Shown: positions 10,480 to 21,134 of the stretch, piece by piece
Layout of the letters: each line of letters begins with the position of its first letter
How positions within the stretch are numbered: the stretch's first letter is position 1
Source of the DNA: a virus
Reading direction: 5' to 3' (one strand)
Virus record (IMG/VR): IMGVR_UViG_3300049846_001717
Coordinates: 1 to 64,000 of that record
DNA length: 64,000 bases
Program-made: the position numbers and the translations under genes
Notes under the pieces: model-generated
What the model saw: the letters and a program-made list of their open reading frames with translations, nothing else
The model's database searches: none
Told to the model about the DNA's origin: nothing

Positions 10480-10935
10480 TTAGGTCACGGTCGAGGTAAT
10501 CTGTGGTATGTAAATAGGATTTACGTCAGCCGGAGGAGTTACCGTGAAGTAAATCTTGCTGGTTAGGCTTTGTTGTGACTGTGTGGACCGTTCCTTGGCC
10601 TCAACGGCATCGGGCACAAAGGTAATGTACACATCACGCAATGCGTCAACGGTGATGGTTGATTGTATCTGCGTGTCCGATATCTTGGTACGTGGATATC
10701 CAATATTCAAATAAGATGGATAATCCACCACAACCGTCAATGGTGCATTCGTGGTTTTGTTTTTGAAATAGTATCGTTTGAAGCTGGTTTGTGTTGATTC
10801 ACCCACATTGTACACCACCGGCATAGGATCCACCATATTCAAATCGTACATTTGTGCAGTTTGCATTGCACGAGTCGTTGATTCCGGATCGACGGCCGGA
10901 ATGGTTGTTATGGTTGACGTTGGTGCGAAACTCAT
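10480..10935 (-). CDS. hypothetical (probable structural) protein
   Basis: ORF in structural operon. Confidence 0.55.
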   Translation of the reverse strand: MSFAPTSTITTIPAVDPESTTRAMQTAQMYDLNMVDPMPVVYNVGESTQTSFKRYYFKNKTTNAPLTVVVDYPSYLNIGYPRTKISDTQIQSTITVDALRDVYITFVPDAVEAKERSTQSQQSLTSKIYFTVTPPADVNPIYIPQITSTVT

Positions 10936-11783
10936 GTCATCTGCTTCGTTGGGGTACTAGGTGAAGTAGTCACTTCATCAATTATTGTTGGAGATTCAAC
11001 AGTGGTGGTATCTTCTGGTCGTTTTGGACTCGATGGTAATTCTGGTTTTGGCGGTGATGGCACCGGCGTTGGAACTGGCGCCGGTGTTGGCACGGTAGGT
11101 GATTCCGGTGTAGAATTTTCAGCAGTCAAGTTAACAACAGTCGTGATAGTGGTGACTCCTTCGGGCAGTGCATCGATCATATTGATGTCAAACGTCAATT
11201 GCATCGTTGCAGTGGCACCGGGGAACAATGTTACATCCGATGGTACATAGTTGACACCCGGAATTTTGTTCACCGATGCCAACACCGTTATGGTATCTGA
11301 TGTATTGGTCAATTCAATCGTTGCCGGCAATACAGCGGTTTTTGATCCTTTGGTATATTGACGAACGATGGTGGAATTATTCACCGACACAAGGGAATCA
11401 AGATAGATCGTCGTGTCCGCCTCTGGCTCATTGACAATGTCAGTTGCCGATTGTGAATCGATAGCGTCCGTGATCGACTGTACCGACACGTATTGGAACG
11501 GTACGCCATCAACTCCCAACAACAATACGTTACCTGGCTCGCTCACTTTCTCAGGATCAGTACCAGCGGCCAGCGCGGTTTCAATTTCCAACGCTCGGTC
11601 TGCCGGAATGGTCAGATATTCCTTATTGTTGGTTAGTGTACCATCGGGTAGAATAAGCCACCCACTATACTTGGGCACAGCTTTATTCGCATTCTTTGCA
11701 AGAATGAATTGAATCGCTTCGTTTTGTTCTACCGTTCGTGCATCGGGTGCATCAGATGCTGGCGTGCCTGGTGGGAGAATCAT
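10932..11783 (-). CDS. hypothetical protein with Pro/Thr-rich C-terminus
   Basis: PTVPTPAPVPTPVPSPP linker. Confidence 0.55.
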   Translation of the reverse strand: MILPPGTPASDAPDARTVEQNEAIQFILAKNANKAVPKYSGWLILPDGTLTNNKEYLTIPADRALEIETALAAGTDPEKVSEPGNVLLLGVDGVPFQYVSVQSITDAIDSQSATDIVNEPEADTTIYLDSLVSVNNSTIVRQYTKGSKTAVLPATIELTNTSDTITVLASVNKIPGVNYVPSDVTLFPGATATMQLTFDINMIDALPEGVTTITTVVNLTAENSTPESPTVPTPAPVPTPVPSPPKPELPSSPKRPEDTTTVESPTIIDEVTTSPSTPTKQMT

Positions 11784-11794
11784 AATGAATTCAC

Positions 11795-12598
11795 TTAGTA
11801 TACGTTAAGTCGTGCATCAATCATGTTTGATGCTTGGTATTGCGTTAAAACTTCAACTACGGAGTCTCGAACATATTGGTCAAAATCCGCATCTTGAATT
11901 GACGGATTGGTGGTATCCAATGCCATATGATTGAGAATGCGAGGATACACATCTTGTATCAATTTATCAATCAACATTTGATACTGTGTGGTTACGTCAG
12001 CATAACTTACTTGTGTTCCCACCGACGATCGAAGTTCCTGCACTGCCGATTCCACCAATCCACGAGTTATCCCAGGTACGTCCAGCTTTCCAAACGTTCG
12101 GTCTACTAGTCCTTTTGCTTCCAATTTTGGCACGGATGGTACCACCCATTCTTGCAGTTCGGCACTCTTGGTGGTGTCCAACAACCGAAGACGTAGTTCG
12201 GTTCGGTCCGGACTAATAGCATCCACATACAATACTCGTTGGTCTGGCGAACCTACTTCGGTTCTGAAGAAATTCACCACAATTGAATATCGACCCTGTT
12301 CCAGTACCATATCTCGTACATACTGACCCATATCCAAGTTCACATATTCATACGTGCCCGTTATATCCACCACCGTGGTTAATGTGAGAGCGTTGCTGGT
12401 GGCCGGTATGTTAAGACTCGTTACAATATTACCATTGGAATCATATACCCACAGTTCGATCATGTCTCGTGGATCTGTGCCGAACCACACCGGCTTTACT
12501 CCCAATTGGAATAAATCGGTGTCCCGCGACGACAGTCGTGCCGGTCGGGTATTCAGTGTACTTGCAACGGAATCTGCAAAATTACGTTGATTGGCCAT
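11795..12598 (-). CDS. hypothetical (probable structural) protein
   Basis: ORF in structural operon. Confidence 0.55.
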   Translation of the reverse strand: MANQRNFADSVASTLNTRPARLSSRDTDLFQLGVKPVWFGTDPRDMIELWVYDSNGNIVTSLNIPATSNALTLTTVVDITGTYEYVNLDMGQYVRDMVLEQGRYSIVVNFFRTEVGSPDQRVLYVDAISPDRTELRLRLLDTTKSAELQEWVVPSVPKLEAKGLVDRTFGKLDVPGITRGLVESAVQELRSSVGTQVSYADVTTQYQMLIDKLIQDVYPRILNHMALDTTNPSIQDADFDQYVRDSVVEVLTQYQASNMIDARLNVY

Positions 12599-12876
12599 TA
12601 GACAAAGTATTGAAATGTGGTACGTGATGCATCCATGACAATGTCATACTGTACTCGACTCCACACAGGAGTGGTCATGAGTATAGACATGTGTTGTTGT
12701 CGTGGATCGGCGCCATTGATCTGTATGAACGATGCCACATCTCGTGGCGCGGCCATTGATCCTGATGCCTGTGCTGTGACGGTGTCGGGCACAAATCGAC
12801 TATCCGTGGAATATTGAAGTTCGCCCTCGGCATAGCCATCGGTGTATACAATTTCCGGATTACGAATATTGGTCAT
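12598..12876 (-). CDS. hypothetical protein
   Basis: Start/stop overlaps with both neighbours. Confidence 0.55.
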   Translation of the reverse strand: MTNIRNPEIVYTDGYAEGELQYSTDSRFVPDTVTAQASGSMAAPRDVASFIQINGADPRQQHMSILMTTPVWSRVQYDIVMDASRTTFQYFV

Positions 12877-13940
12877 CGATTCATGCTCACACGGAAGGTA
12901 TGTGCTAGATCAAATATCTGTTCATAATCTTGATCTACCACCTTGACCAACATCTTATAGTATCGACCTGGATACATTCCATGAATTGTGAACTTTGCAA
13001 AGCTTCCCGTTCCGTCCGATGAAATACGAGAGTAATCATCGAATGGAATGATAATGGTATTACTTTGTTGATCCACGATGCTGTAGTATGAGGTTACCGG
13101 CAGACGTTGTGTACCATCATAGTTGCTGAATTGTGTATCGAAGGTTCGAACTGGATATGTGTCCCGTACGGAGAAATCCACACGTACAACATCGTTCACA
13201 CGATATTCCGGTCGAAGATTTCGAGGCAACACGGACAATTGTGATGGAATGGACGATGCAGAAATAGAACCCGTGATGTACTGTTGGTCGTTCCATTTTG
13301 CAATCAGCTGTGGCGAATACACCGTGTGCGTGTTACGAGAGAAGAATCGAATATTGCCCCGATTGGTAATGTCCGCTTCACTTGATGATGGGAATCGTAG
13401 GCACAATCCATAGTTGTCCACGGTTCCCGAGATATGGGATCGAACGAAGGACGTAATATCAACGGTGATATCTTCTACTGGTTGTGCAATAGTGACCGAT
13501 TGTGTGGTAGCATAGGTTTCGCCGCCTGGTGTTGACCAGGTTGACCCCGATTGTCGAGATATCCACGTTACTCCATCGTTTTCAAAGTATCCACCTGCCG
13601 GCGCACGGCTGGAAGTGAATGGCGTGTTGGTATTTTGATAGTAATATCCCGTACCTTCTACCCAACTACGACTTACTTGTGCCAGTTCGAACGTCTGACC
13701 ATATCGAAGATCGTCCGCACGAGCAACAAATAGCTTTAGGTCAAATGATGCACTGGCAGGAATGGTACCGGCAGCAACACTGGCCGATAACGTGGGAATA
13801 TCAAATTGTATCAGTGATCGAATGATCTTTGCACCGGTGGCACTTTTACCGATCTCTAGAATTTCATCCAAACCGGTATTTCGCCAGTTGAACTCTTCAT
13901 AGAGTGACGCATCTTTCACGGGAACGTAGATTTTTCTCAT
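12873..13940 (-). CDS. structural protein, DNRLRE-like domain
   Basis: KDASLYE..NTGLDEILEI..RSLIQFD..WVEGTG..DIT..NYGL..PQL pattern. Confidence 0.6.
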   Translation of the reverse strand: MRKIYVPVKDASLYEEFNWRNTGLDEILEIGKSATGAKIIRSLIQFDIPTLSASVAAGTIPASASFDLKLFVARADDLRYGQTFELAQVSRSWVEGTGYYYQNTNTPFTSSRAPAGGYFENDGVTWISRQSGSTWSTPGGETYATTQSVTIAQPVEDITVDITSFVRSHISGTVDNYGLCLRFPSSSEADITNRGNIRFFSRNTHTVYSPQLIAKWNDQQYITGSISASSIPSQLSVLPRNLRPEYRVNDVVRVDFSVRDTYPVRTFDTQFSNYDGTQRLPVTSYYSIVDQQSNTIIIPFDDYSRISSDGTGSFAKFTIHGMYPGRYYKMLVKVVDQDYEQIFDLAHTFRVSMNR

Positions 13941-13976
13941 ACCAAATGTATCCGAGTTTTATTATGGATGAACATG

Positions 13977-15911
13977 TTACTGTGACGCCGATCCAATAAT
14001 ATCACGTTCTGGATATCGGATTTCGAAAATCGTGGGATCCAACGACGGCCATATGATACCATTGTTCGTGGCCGACGGAATGTCATAAATGAAATCCTGA
14101 TAGTCGGAACCGTCTTTGTATTGATATCGATTGAAAATCTCAACGTTCACTACCGTTTGTACGCCCTCAACATTTCCCAATTCCAACCATACATCATTCA
14201 AAATGATTGGTTGGTTGATTTGCCAATTCTTTACATTGAAGAATTCCTGCATGGCATCGATACATCGTGCAATGACTTCATTCATGTTGTAGTTTTTGTA
14301 CACCACCACCTTGAATTTTACACCAATGTTGACCACGAACGCATCCAGAATACGGACGTTATCCGTTAGCATGCGATATTGATCAAGATATGACTTGAGA
14401 TTCTGTTTGGATTGTGAATTCAACGTGGTCAATGATCCGCGTGAATTGTATCCCAACACGTACAAGTTGATGATGCCCGGACCAGGTTGGTTCGAGACAT
14501 ACACACCTGAATTTGGTGCTTGTTGTTGTGAGGTTCGAAGAATTTCGTTGATCTGGTCATCTTTGGTAACGAATACCTTGGCCACCGATCCATATCGTGC
14601 AGGCATGGCATGTGTACGTGCGATGTAATCCTCGGCCGTAACCAATCGGTTCTGTGCGTTGAAGAAACCTAACGCACCCTGTCGAATTTCTTCGATGGTA
14701 TCACGACCCTTACCACCCGTAGCGGGTTCAGGATTATTGACCGCCAACGATTGAACTACATTACCCCACAATGCGCGTTCTTGTGGTGTAAATGCTGAAG
14801 TCGAGTTGGTTGGCGTGACCGTAATGACTTTGGTGATGGTATTTGACGCGGCATTGGATTCCACGCCACCACCCACGACATAACTGAACGTCAACGTGGT
14901 GTTGTTTGGTACCGAACCATACGAATTGGAGGATAGAAAATCCGATGGATCCAGTGAAGTGGAACCCAAGTTGGTTTGGTATTCACTGTTTGCCAACTTT
15001 CGTGGTTCTAGGTTAATGGTGGCATCCGAATCTTCAAGAATGCCTGATCCAAACTGTACTTCCAGCTGGAAGTCTTCGGTGTATCGTGTGACAAAACGGC
15101 GTGGCGTACGACGTAGCTTTAACACATATGACGGTGGTGTACTGAAATTGACATCATCATCCGATGCACTGGTGTTAACCGTGTCATCGAACACGAGATC
15201 TTGTGCTAGATAGTCCACTTGATGCCACGCGTTGTTGTCGCCGTCCACTACCGAGATGATATCAAGTACGTTAGTATCCGGTAATCGAATCGTGAGGAAT
15301 CGTTCTGGTGCACCAATTGTGACCGTGTGGGTCTTTATGGTACCCGCGACCACTCGTGCCTTTTTCTTGACCAAATACGTCAACGGACGATTGTTGATGT
15401 CCGTGGCATATACGGTAATTTCTCGATCGGCCGGATCGGCAAAGTTGACTTCTTCGATGGTTCGGAAATTCACCACAGGAGAGTCAACTGATGCAAAAAT
15501 TGCAGGCGGAGCCAATCGAACATAGTATTGTTCGTCGGGGACATAATCATCGGCCGCGCCCTTGGCCGGGCACAACTGGAACACATCCACATCGCATGTT
15601 GCGGCCGTGCCAGGATGTGGTTTGTAGCCCATCGATTGGGCAATAGCGATGACATTGTTTTCCTGTTGTGCATAGGACAACAGGTTTTCTCTGAAATTCG
15701 TGTCGATGTAGTAGCCTAACACATCACCGATATAGGCCGCCATATCCATAAACATCATGCCGGGACTTGCTTCGTTGAAATCGGCATTGGTGTTTGGGAA
15801 ATATACCTTTGCGTAATCGATCAGGTTTTGACGATGTTCAGCAAAAGTCTTGGCTAGATAACGTATATCACGCGACCGAGGTGCGAAGGACTTGTTAATT
15901 TTGACGGCCAC
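13977..15911 (-). CDS. baseplate wedge subunit, T4 gp6-like
   Basis: DFNEASPGMMFMDMAAYIGDVL, GGGVESN, ATGGKGRDTIEEIR, AQNRLVTAEDY. Confidence 0.85.
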   Translation of the reverse strand: MAVKINKSFAPRSRDIRYLAKTFAEHRQNLIDYAKVYFPNTNADFNEASPGMMFMDMAAYIGDVLGYYIDTNFRENLLSYAQQENNVIAIAQSMGYKPHPGTAATCDVDVFQLCPAKGAADDYVPDEQYYVRLAPPAIFASVDSPVVNFRTIEEVNFADPADREITVYATDINNRPLTYLVKKKARVVAGTIKTHTVTIGAPERFLTIRLPDTNVLDIISVVDGDNNAWHQVDYLAQDLVFDDTVNTSASDDDVNFSTPPSYVLKLRRTPRRFVTRYTEDFQLEVQFGSGILEDSDATINLEPRKLANSEYQTNLGSTSLDPSDFLSSNSYGSVPNNTTLTFSYVVGGGVESNAASNTITKVITVTPTNSTSAFTPQERALWGNVVQSLAVNNPEPATGGKGRDTIEEIRQGALGFFNAQNRLVTAEDYIARTHAMPARYGSVAKVFVTKDDQINEILRTSQQQAPNSGVYVSNQPGPGIINLYVLGYNSRGSLTTLNSQSKQNLKSYLDQYRMLTDNVRILDAFVVNIGVKFKVVVYKNYNMNEVIARCIDAMQEFFNVKNWQINQPIILNDVWLELGNVEGVQTVVNVEIFNRYQYKDGSDYQDFIYDIPSATNNGIIWPSLDPTIFEIRYPERDIIGSASQ

Positions 15912-15921
15912 GATAAATCTC

Positions 15922-16299
15922 CTAGAATGACAACGTTATGACGTCGGTGATTCTAACATTACTGAGTATAGAATACGCGATGGTGACACGTAGCCGATTG
16001 TATTCGGTGTTGGTGATAACCTGTACGTCGTCGATGGTGATGTAAGGCATCCAGGCACTGGCCGCCTCTTCAACGGATGCACGAACCTCCGATTGTATGT
16101 CATCGTCCATAGGTTGAAATATCACTTGATGGATATTGCAACCAAATTCCGGGAGCATCGGCCGTTCGCCCTTTCTTGTAAGTATCAAATTCGTGAGATT
16201 ACTCCGAACTTGTGTACGGACGTCGAATGCCTGTTCAAAATACCCGTTGTTGCCTCGCTGAATCGGAAGGCTCAGACCAATTGCGGCGGTATTAGCCAC
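15922..16299 (-). CDS. baseplate wedge subunit, gp25-like
   Basis: NLILTRKGERPMLPEFGC, WMPYI. Confidence 0.88.
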   Translation of the reverse strand: MANTAAIGLSLPIQRGNNGYFEQAFDVRTQVRSNLTNLILTRKGERPMLPEFGCNIHQVIFQPMDDDIQSEVRASVEEAASAWMPYITIDDVQVITNTEYNRLRVTIAYSILSNVRITDVITLSF

Positions 16300-16825
16300 G
16301 TAACTTTCCCTTCTGCTTCATACGAGACATGAGTTCGGAATAATCTCTGGTGATGGCTTCCACTACATCCGGTGTTGCCATGGAATCTACTTGATCAATG
16401 GCGTCCAGTACGGAGGGCGTATCGTACATTGATGCATCGCCCATGCTGGCGGCGGTTTCTGCGAGAATGCCAGAGACACCAGAGAAGTTCGTTTCTGTCG
16501 ATTCTCCGATGCGGTCAATGGAGCCATATCCCAACTTCGACGCCATCGAGCGTCGGGCCGAGTCAGGCAGACCGCTTTTGAGGACGGCGGGTTGAATCGG
16601 TCGTGCCGGAGGGGTGCCAGAAGCGGCCGGGCGGGTGCCTGGCTGCGTCGGACGGCTCGGGCGAGGGGTTGGAGGGTTGACGATTCCTTCTGCCAGGAGG
16701 TTCGCCAGGGCGCCAGCCACAGCCTCTTGAACCAACGGTTTTACCAGTTTTGGTACAATTGACTTGACCTGTTTTTGTACCTCTTCGGCAATCATCTGTT
16801 GTAATTCTTGTTTCGTCATGGTCAA
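16292..16825 (-). CDS. hypothetical protein
   Basis: ORF overlapping neighbours. Confidence 0.6.
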   Translation of the reverse strand: MTMTKQELQQMIAEEVQKQVKSIVPKLVKPLVQEAVAGALANLLAEGIVNPPTPRPSRPTQPGTRPAASGTPPARPIQPAVLKSGLPDSARRSMASKLGYGSIDRIGESTETNFSGVSGILAETAASMGDASMYDTPSVLDAIDQVDSMATPDVVEAITRDYSELMSRMKQKGKLRG

Positions 16826-18249
16826 CTCTCTCTATATGAACTGATGGATCGAACGTCGCGGCCGGCATCATTCGATTTCACGGTGAAATTATCGTTGCTG
16901 AGGATCGATTCCAGTTGTGTACGAAGTCTCGAAAACTTAGCAGTATATGCAGCGCTAACCGCCGATGGTCCGCCGGTGGTGTTGGTGGCGTCCACGATGA
17001 TTCCTGGCGATCCCAATGCGTCCAACAGATCAGTCAATAGACGTTTCAACGCATCACCCAACACCAAAGGTTCGGCGGTTCCTGATTCAGAACCAATTAC
17101 TACACGGTTACTTACAATACTTATCTGGCCTTTTGCGGAAATCGTTTGATTTTGACCAGATGCCATCAGAATGTTCGATGTGGACGAGATATCCAAATCG
17201 CCGGTGGTCAATGTCCATTTATTCACCACACGATCCGTTCGGTTTCCGTTGGTCCAGGTGATGTGATCACCCGTGGCATCCATTGTAATATTTCCCATCG
17301 TGGTCCAGTGGATACCCGTTTTGCTGAATCCCATCAGTTTGCTGGCTTTTGCGTTGAGAATCAGTTGGCCACTGTTTTGAATCAGTTGCGATCCCTTGAA
17401 TTCCGTTGGAATGTCGGGTACACTGATGCCGTGAATTTTATCGTTTAAGGTGGCCGGCGTCAACGGTACTAGTTGATCGGATACCATCCACAGTGACGTA
17501 CTATCTCGATCGATGTCTTCGATCGTCGTGGCGAAAGTCGAATTGACGGATGTTGCACCGTTCACCGGTGGTCCGACTCGAATCAACATATTTGGAGATT
17601 GATCTACGGATGACGGAAACGGAATACCGGTCAAAGAATTGACTTTTCCGGATTTCCATGCACTACCGAATCGAATGGACTGGCCAGATCGACCTTCGTA
17701 GATGATATCACCTTCGATGTGTTTCAATCGATACACATTGGCGAGGTCCTGGAAATATGAACCCACAACATTAGTGGTAGGCGGCACCGATACGGTATAT
17801 GGTGCGGCCTGACCACTTCGAATGGTGTCCGTTCGAGCCGGCCCGGTATCAGGGGTCTTAGTTTCGGTTAATAACTCTTTCAGGTCCTGTGCCGTGACTC
17901 GGTTCGATACGTTGAATGTTGCAATGTACCAGAACCGGGTCATCGATTGAAAAACGTATACGATTTCACCTACCAATGGATACTGTGTTTGGTTGGGGTG
18001 CAACGGATACGCCCAACTCAGTACCGATTCATCCTTAAAATTACCATCGGTGAGTGGGCGAAATCGTACGGCGCCGACATTGTATCCGTCGGGGGAGTAT
18101 AGTTCGTGATCGTTGTTGATGATCGAATCCACGACAATCGCTTCTTGGAATTGATCATATTGGGTTTCCGTGCCAAGGCCTACCGGTGATAACGCTTGGA
18201 ATGGGTTGTATGATGCCCCGGCACGAATGTTACGATATCTTGGCTTCAT
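16822..18249 (-). CDS. baseplate hub/spike protein, gp5-like
   Basis: WAYPL..YPLVGEIV OB-fold-like, EGRSGQSIRF, beta-helix-like C-terminus, PLVLGD. Confidence 0.65.
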   Translation of the reverse strand: MKPRYRNIRAGASYNPFQALSPVGLGTETQYDQFQEAIVVDSIINNDHELYSPDGYNVGAVRFRPLTDGNFKDESVLSWAYPLHPNQTQYPLVGEIVYVFQSMTRFWYIATFNVSNRVTAQDLKELLTETKTPDTGPARTDTIRSGQAAPYTVSVPPTTNVVGSYFQDLANVYRLKHIEGDIIYEGRSGQSIRFGSAWKSGKVNSLTGIPFPSSVDQSPNMLIRVGPPVNGATSVNSTFATTIEDIDRDSTSLWMVSDQLVPLTPATLNDKIHGISVPDIPTEFKGSQLIQNSGQLILNAKASKLMGFSKTGIHWTTMGNITMDATGDHITWTNGNRTDRVVNKWTLTTGDLDISSTSNILMASGQNQTISAKGQISIVSNRVVIGSESGTAEPLVLGDALKRLLTDLLDALGSPGIIVDATNTTGGPSAVSAAYTAKFSRLRTQLESILSNDNFTVKSNDAGRDVRSISSYRES

Positions 18250-18631
18250 TTGGAATCTTGGTTACGGCCGACGACAGTTCGGTGGTTAGGGCCGTATCTT
18301 CGGCACGAGCATTAGCGATCAATCGAGCTTTTTCTTCTTCCGACATGAATCCTTCCGGATCCTCTTCAGTGTTTCGTTGGTATGCATCGGCAGAAATGAT
18401 ACGCTGGACGATGGTGGCGATTTTGACCAGTTGTTCATCACTTTTGACACCAACATCGATAAATTCACGAATCACGGGCGCAAGCATAACGGCATCACCG
18501 GGAGATTTGACCAGATCGGTCATCTTCTCGATTATGCCGTTAATTACTGCGCGTTTGGAGAGCGCATTGTTGTATATGTCTCTAAGTACGTCCGTCAGTT
18601 GGACTTGGTCAAAAATTACTGTGTCTTTCAT
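18230..18631 (-). CDS. hypothetical protein
   Basis: GGAGG SD, TATTTATA upstream. Confidence 0.6.
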   Translation of the reverse strand: MKDTVIFDQVQLTDVLRDIYNNALSKRAVINGIIEKMTDLVKSPGDAVMLAPVIREFIDVGVKSDEQLVKIATIVQRIISADAYQRNTEEDPEGFMSEEEKARLIANARAEDTALTTELSSAVTKIPNEAKIS

Positions 18632-18670
18632 ATAGCCTCCGTATACTATAAATAGGAGACTGATATGGTT

Positions 18671-19456
18671 TTATTGACGTTTGGAGTACGTGAAGAACTT
18701 GTTTTCTCGATGCGTTATTCGACCTTCCGCTCGAAACTGTTCAAGGTGAATGATAACATGATCTCGCATCTTGTTGACCACTTTGGTAATACATGAGGTC
18801 TTACAATCGGTCATTTCCCGAATCATCAAGTACAACGCTTTCTTGTTGTAGTTTTCGATCTTGTCGGCCCGTTTGAACAGTTCAATGACGGCGATAGCAA
18901 TGTCAATGTCTCGTTTCTTCTTGAACACACGAGCGATGTTAGCCTCCCAGTAGTCAATCATCAACTTGACGAATTCACGAAAGTCATCTGAGGTTTCTGA
19001 AGACTCCGTCTGCAAGTCCGTCATCTCTTCCAGTGACACGTAATTTTCGTTGACAATGTCCGATAGATACACCGATCGTTTCTCTTGCTTGTATCCCTTA
19101 TCGTTGTGGAGAATCAGATAGTTCTTTGCAATGACCGAGAAGTATGAAAACGATTTGTTTCGTTCTCCATCTTCACGAATCGGCTTGTATTTCGACAGGT
19201 TCATTACCAAAAATCCAATGACCTGTTTTTTGGTTTCGTCGAAACTATCGTTGATGTATGGAAATTTGAACCGATTGATGATACTTTCGGACATCTTGTC
19301 CAGTGGATAGTATAGATGTTCTCGAAAAATTCGTTCTCGGAACTCCATATCTTCACTTTCGTTGTATTGCACGATGTAGTCGTCCAGTTCCGATGGCCAA
19401 TAAACCCCGGTATTACGAACGGGTTCAAGTTCGTCGGCAGTGGACTTATTTTTCAT
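18671..19456 (-). CDS. late-transcription sigma factor, T4 gp55-like
   Basis: KSFSYFSVIAKNYLI resembles gp55 region 2; start moved to MKNKST. Confidence 0.6.
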   Translation of the reverse strand: MKNKSTADELEPVRNTGVYWPSELDDYIVQYNESEDMEFRERIFREHLYYPLDKMSESIINRFKFPYINDSFDETKKQVIGFLVMNLSKYKPIREDGERNKSFSYFSVIAKNYLILHNDKGYKQEKRSVYLSDIVNENYVSLEEMTDLQTESSETSDDFREFVKLMIDYWEANIARVFKKKRDIDIAIAVIELFKRADKIENYNKKALYLMIREMTDCKTSCITKVVNKMRDHVIIHLEQFRAEGRITHRENKFFTYSKRQ

Positions 19457-19718
19457 CAGTGCCACTACGTGATAGAATAAACACATCTAATGCGTCTACC
19501 ATTCCCTTCAACTGCTTGAAGGTGTCACCAACTTCATCATCGGCCTGGAAGGATCCTCTGATGTCGATCTTGGTCATTCCCTCTATCGTTGATTTCAGCG
19601 TGGTTTGCATCTGTTCGAAGAAACTATCATACGTTTCCAACTGCCGTAGCGCAAGCATGATACCAAATATCGCAACGCCGTTGATTATGATCGACAGTAT
19701 CAATAGAAAAAGTAACAT
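19446..19718 (-). CDS. membrane-anchored hypothetical protein
   Basis: N-terminal hydrophobic helix. Confidence 0.6.
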   Translation of the reverse strand: MLLFLLILSIIINGVAIFGIMLALRQLETYDSFFEQMQTTLKSTIEGMTKIDIRGSFQADDEVGDTFKQLKGMVDALDVFILSRSGTDEK

Positions 19719-19725
19719 ACCTACC

Positions 19726-20301
19726 TCACAAATGTGTTAAATCGTAATCGGCAAATTTTTTCATGTACACCGAAACATGTACTCCATTTCCATCGGACAC
19801 CGGGTATGAATATCGTTCCGGTTCAAAATACGCACGAATGCCGCCGGCGCCAATAAGATGTGCCCCGGCCAAGATGCCCGATTTGGTGATACGAACTCCC
19901 TGATATACCGTGCCTTCAAATTTGGCGATGATCGTACGAAGACTTCTCGCATTGTCTCGCAAGTAGATGATCATCACACTATCTTGCAACGTAGAATCTT
20001 TCAGAAATTCATCGGGACTTACATCAACGCCCATCGCCTTGATGGTCTTCAAACTGAACTGATACTTACCTAGATACTTTTTGTTGTATCCACCAACTAT
20101 ATCATACTGTCCACCGGATTCCGCGTTGCCCATCTTATCAAGAAAGGCGTACAAGTCACCACGGCCAGGAACCAATCCTCGATTGTTTCGATACACCGGT
20201 GTGACCGGTGGGTCCTGTTGGATTTGTGGGGAGGGGGTCGAACTCATTACCGCTACGGCCAGACATAATGCGAGGCCTTTTGTTACGGCATTTGATTTCA
20301 T
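19726..20301 (-). CDS. signal-peptide lysozyme-like/lytic transglycosylase (putative endolysin)
   Basis: AESGGQY..LGKYQF..AGAHLIG motifs; N-terminal signal. Confidence 0.7.
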   Translation of the reverse strand: MKSNAVTKGLALCLAVAVMSSTPSPQIQQDPPVTPVYRNNRGLVPGRGDLYAFLDKMGNAESGGQYDIVGGYNKKYLGKYQFSLKTIKAMGVDVSPDEFLKDSTLQDSVMIIYLRDNARSLRTIIAKFEGTVYQGVRITKSGILAGAHLIGAGGIRAYFEPERYSYPVSDGNGVHVSVYMKKFADYDLTHL

Positions 20302-20309
20302 ACTTGCTC

Positions 20310-21092
20310 CTATCGCTGTAATGTTGCGTAGTACGCGTTCTGTTTCTCTTGTCGTTTGATTTCCTTGTGATGCAAAATCGCCAAACTGGTTTCACCCGGT
20401 GGAATCATACCGAACGTCGTATGGCCCGTCAATCGTTCATGTACTTTGTTGATCCATCGAATTTCTGGCTTGTTTCTGAATAATCTGAACTGATAATCGG
20501 GGTACATGATGATCGGCTCATAGTACGTAACGTGTGCTTCCGTTACATTTGGGATCACCGAAGCAAATGTCGGACCGGTGTTTATCACGTATCCATAACC
20601 CATTAACATTTCATATTCGGGTCCATTCACATTCAATTCTCGAACCTTGATAAATTCGTCCATCTTTGTGATGACCCATCCATACTCTTGGATATGTCTC
20701 AACGTCAGCCCTTCAACGGTATTGATACGAGGCAGACCCACGGCTTCAAGTTGGGGATTGGTATCAATGAATAACGGCAAAAATCCCAACAAATCATCCG
20801 TGACCATTTCATCCGCGTCCAAATTCAGAATCCAATCGCCGGTACAGTGACGAATGAGTTCATTCTTATGTTCTGCATAGTCACCATTCAACCTGTGGGA
20901 GTACAGATGAATTTTTGGATTAAATTCTTCGAGAATCTTGATGGTTTCTGGATCGGTGGAGAAGTCATCCAACACCACAATTTCCCACTCCACCTTAGAT
21001 CTATCCGTTGCAATAAACGTGGTCAAATGTGTCAATAATTGACGAATGTAATACCCTTCGTTGTGAGTACAGATAGCCAGAGATATTTTCAT
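20310..21092 (-). CDS. glycosyltransferase family 2
   Basis: ISLAICTHNE, VLDDFSTD, WILNLDADE, KVHE. Confidence 0.88.
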   Translation of the reverse strand: MKISLAICTHNEGYYIRQLLTHLTTFIATDRSKVEWEIVVLDDFSTDPETIKILEEFNPKIHLYSHRLNGDYAEHKNELIRHCTGDWILNLDADEMVTDDLLGFLPLFIDTNPQLEAVGLPRINTVEGLTLRHIQEYGWVITKMDEFIKVRELNVNGPEYEMLMGYGYVINTGPTFASVIPNVTEAHVTYYEPIIMYPDYQFRLFRNKPEIRWINKVHERLTGHTTFGMIPPGETSLAILHHKEIKRQEKQNAYYATLQR

Positions 21093-21134
21093 AGAAATCC
21101 TTGGTGGATATACTGAATGATACTACGTGTTCGT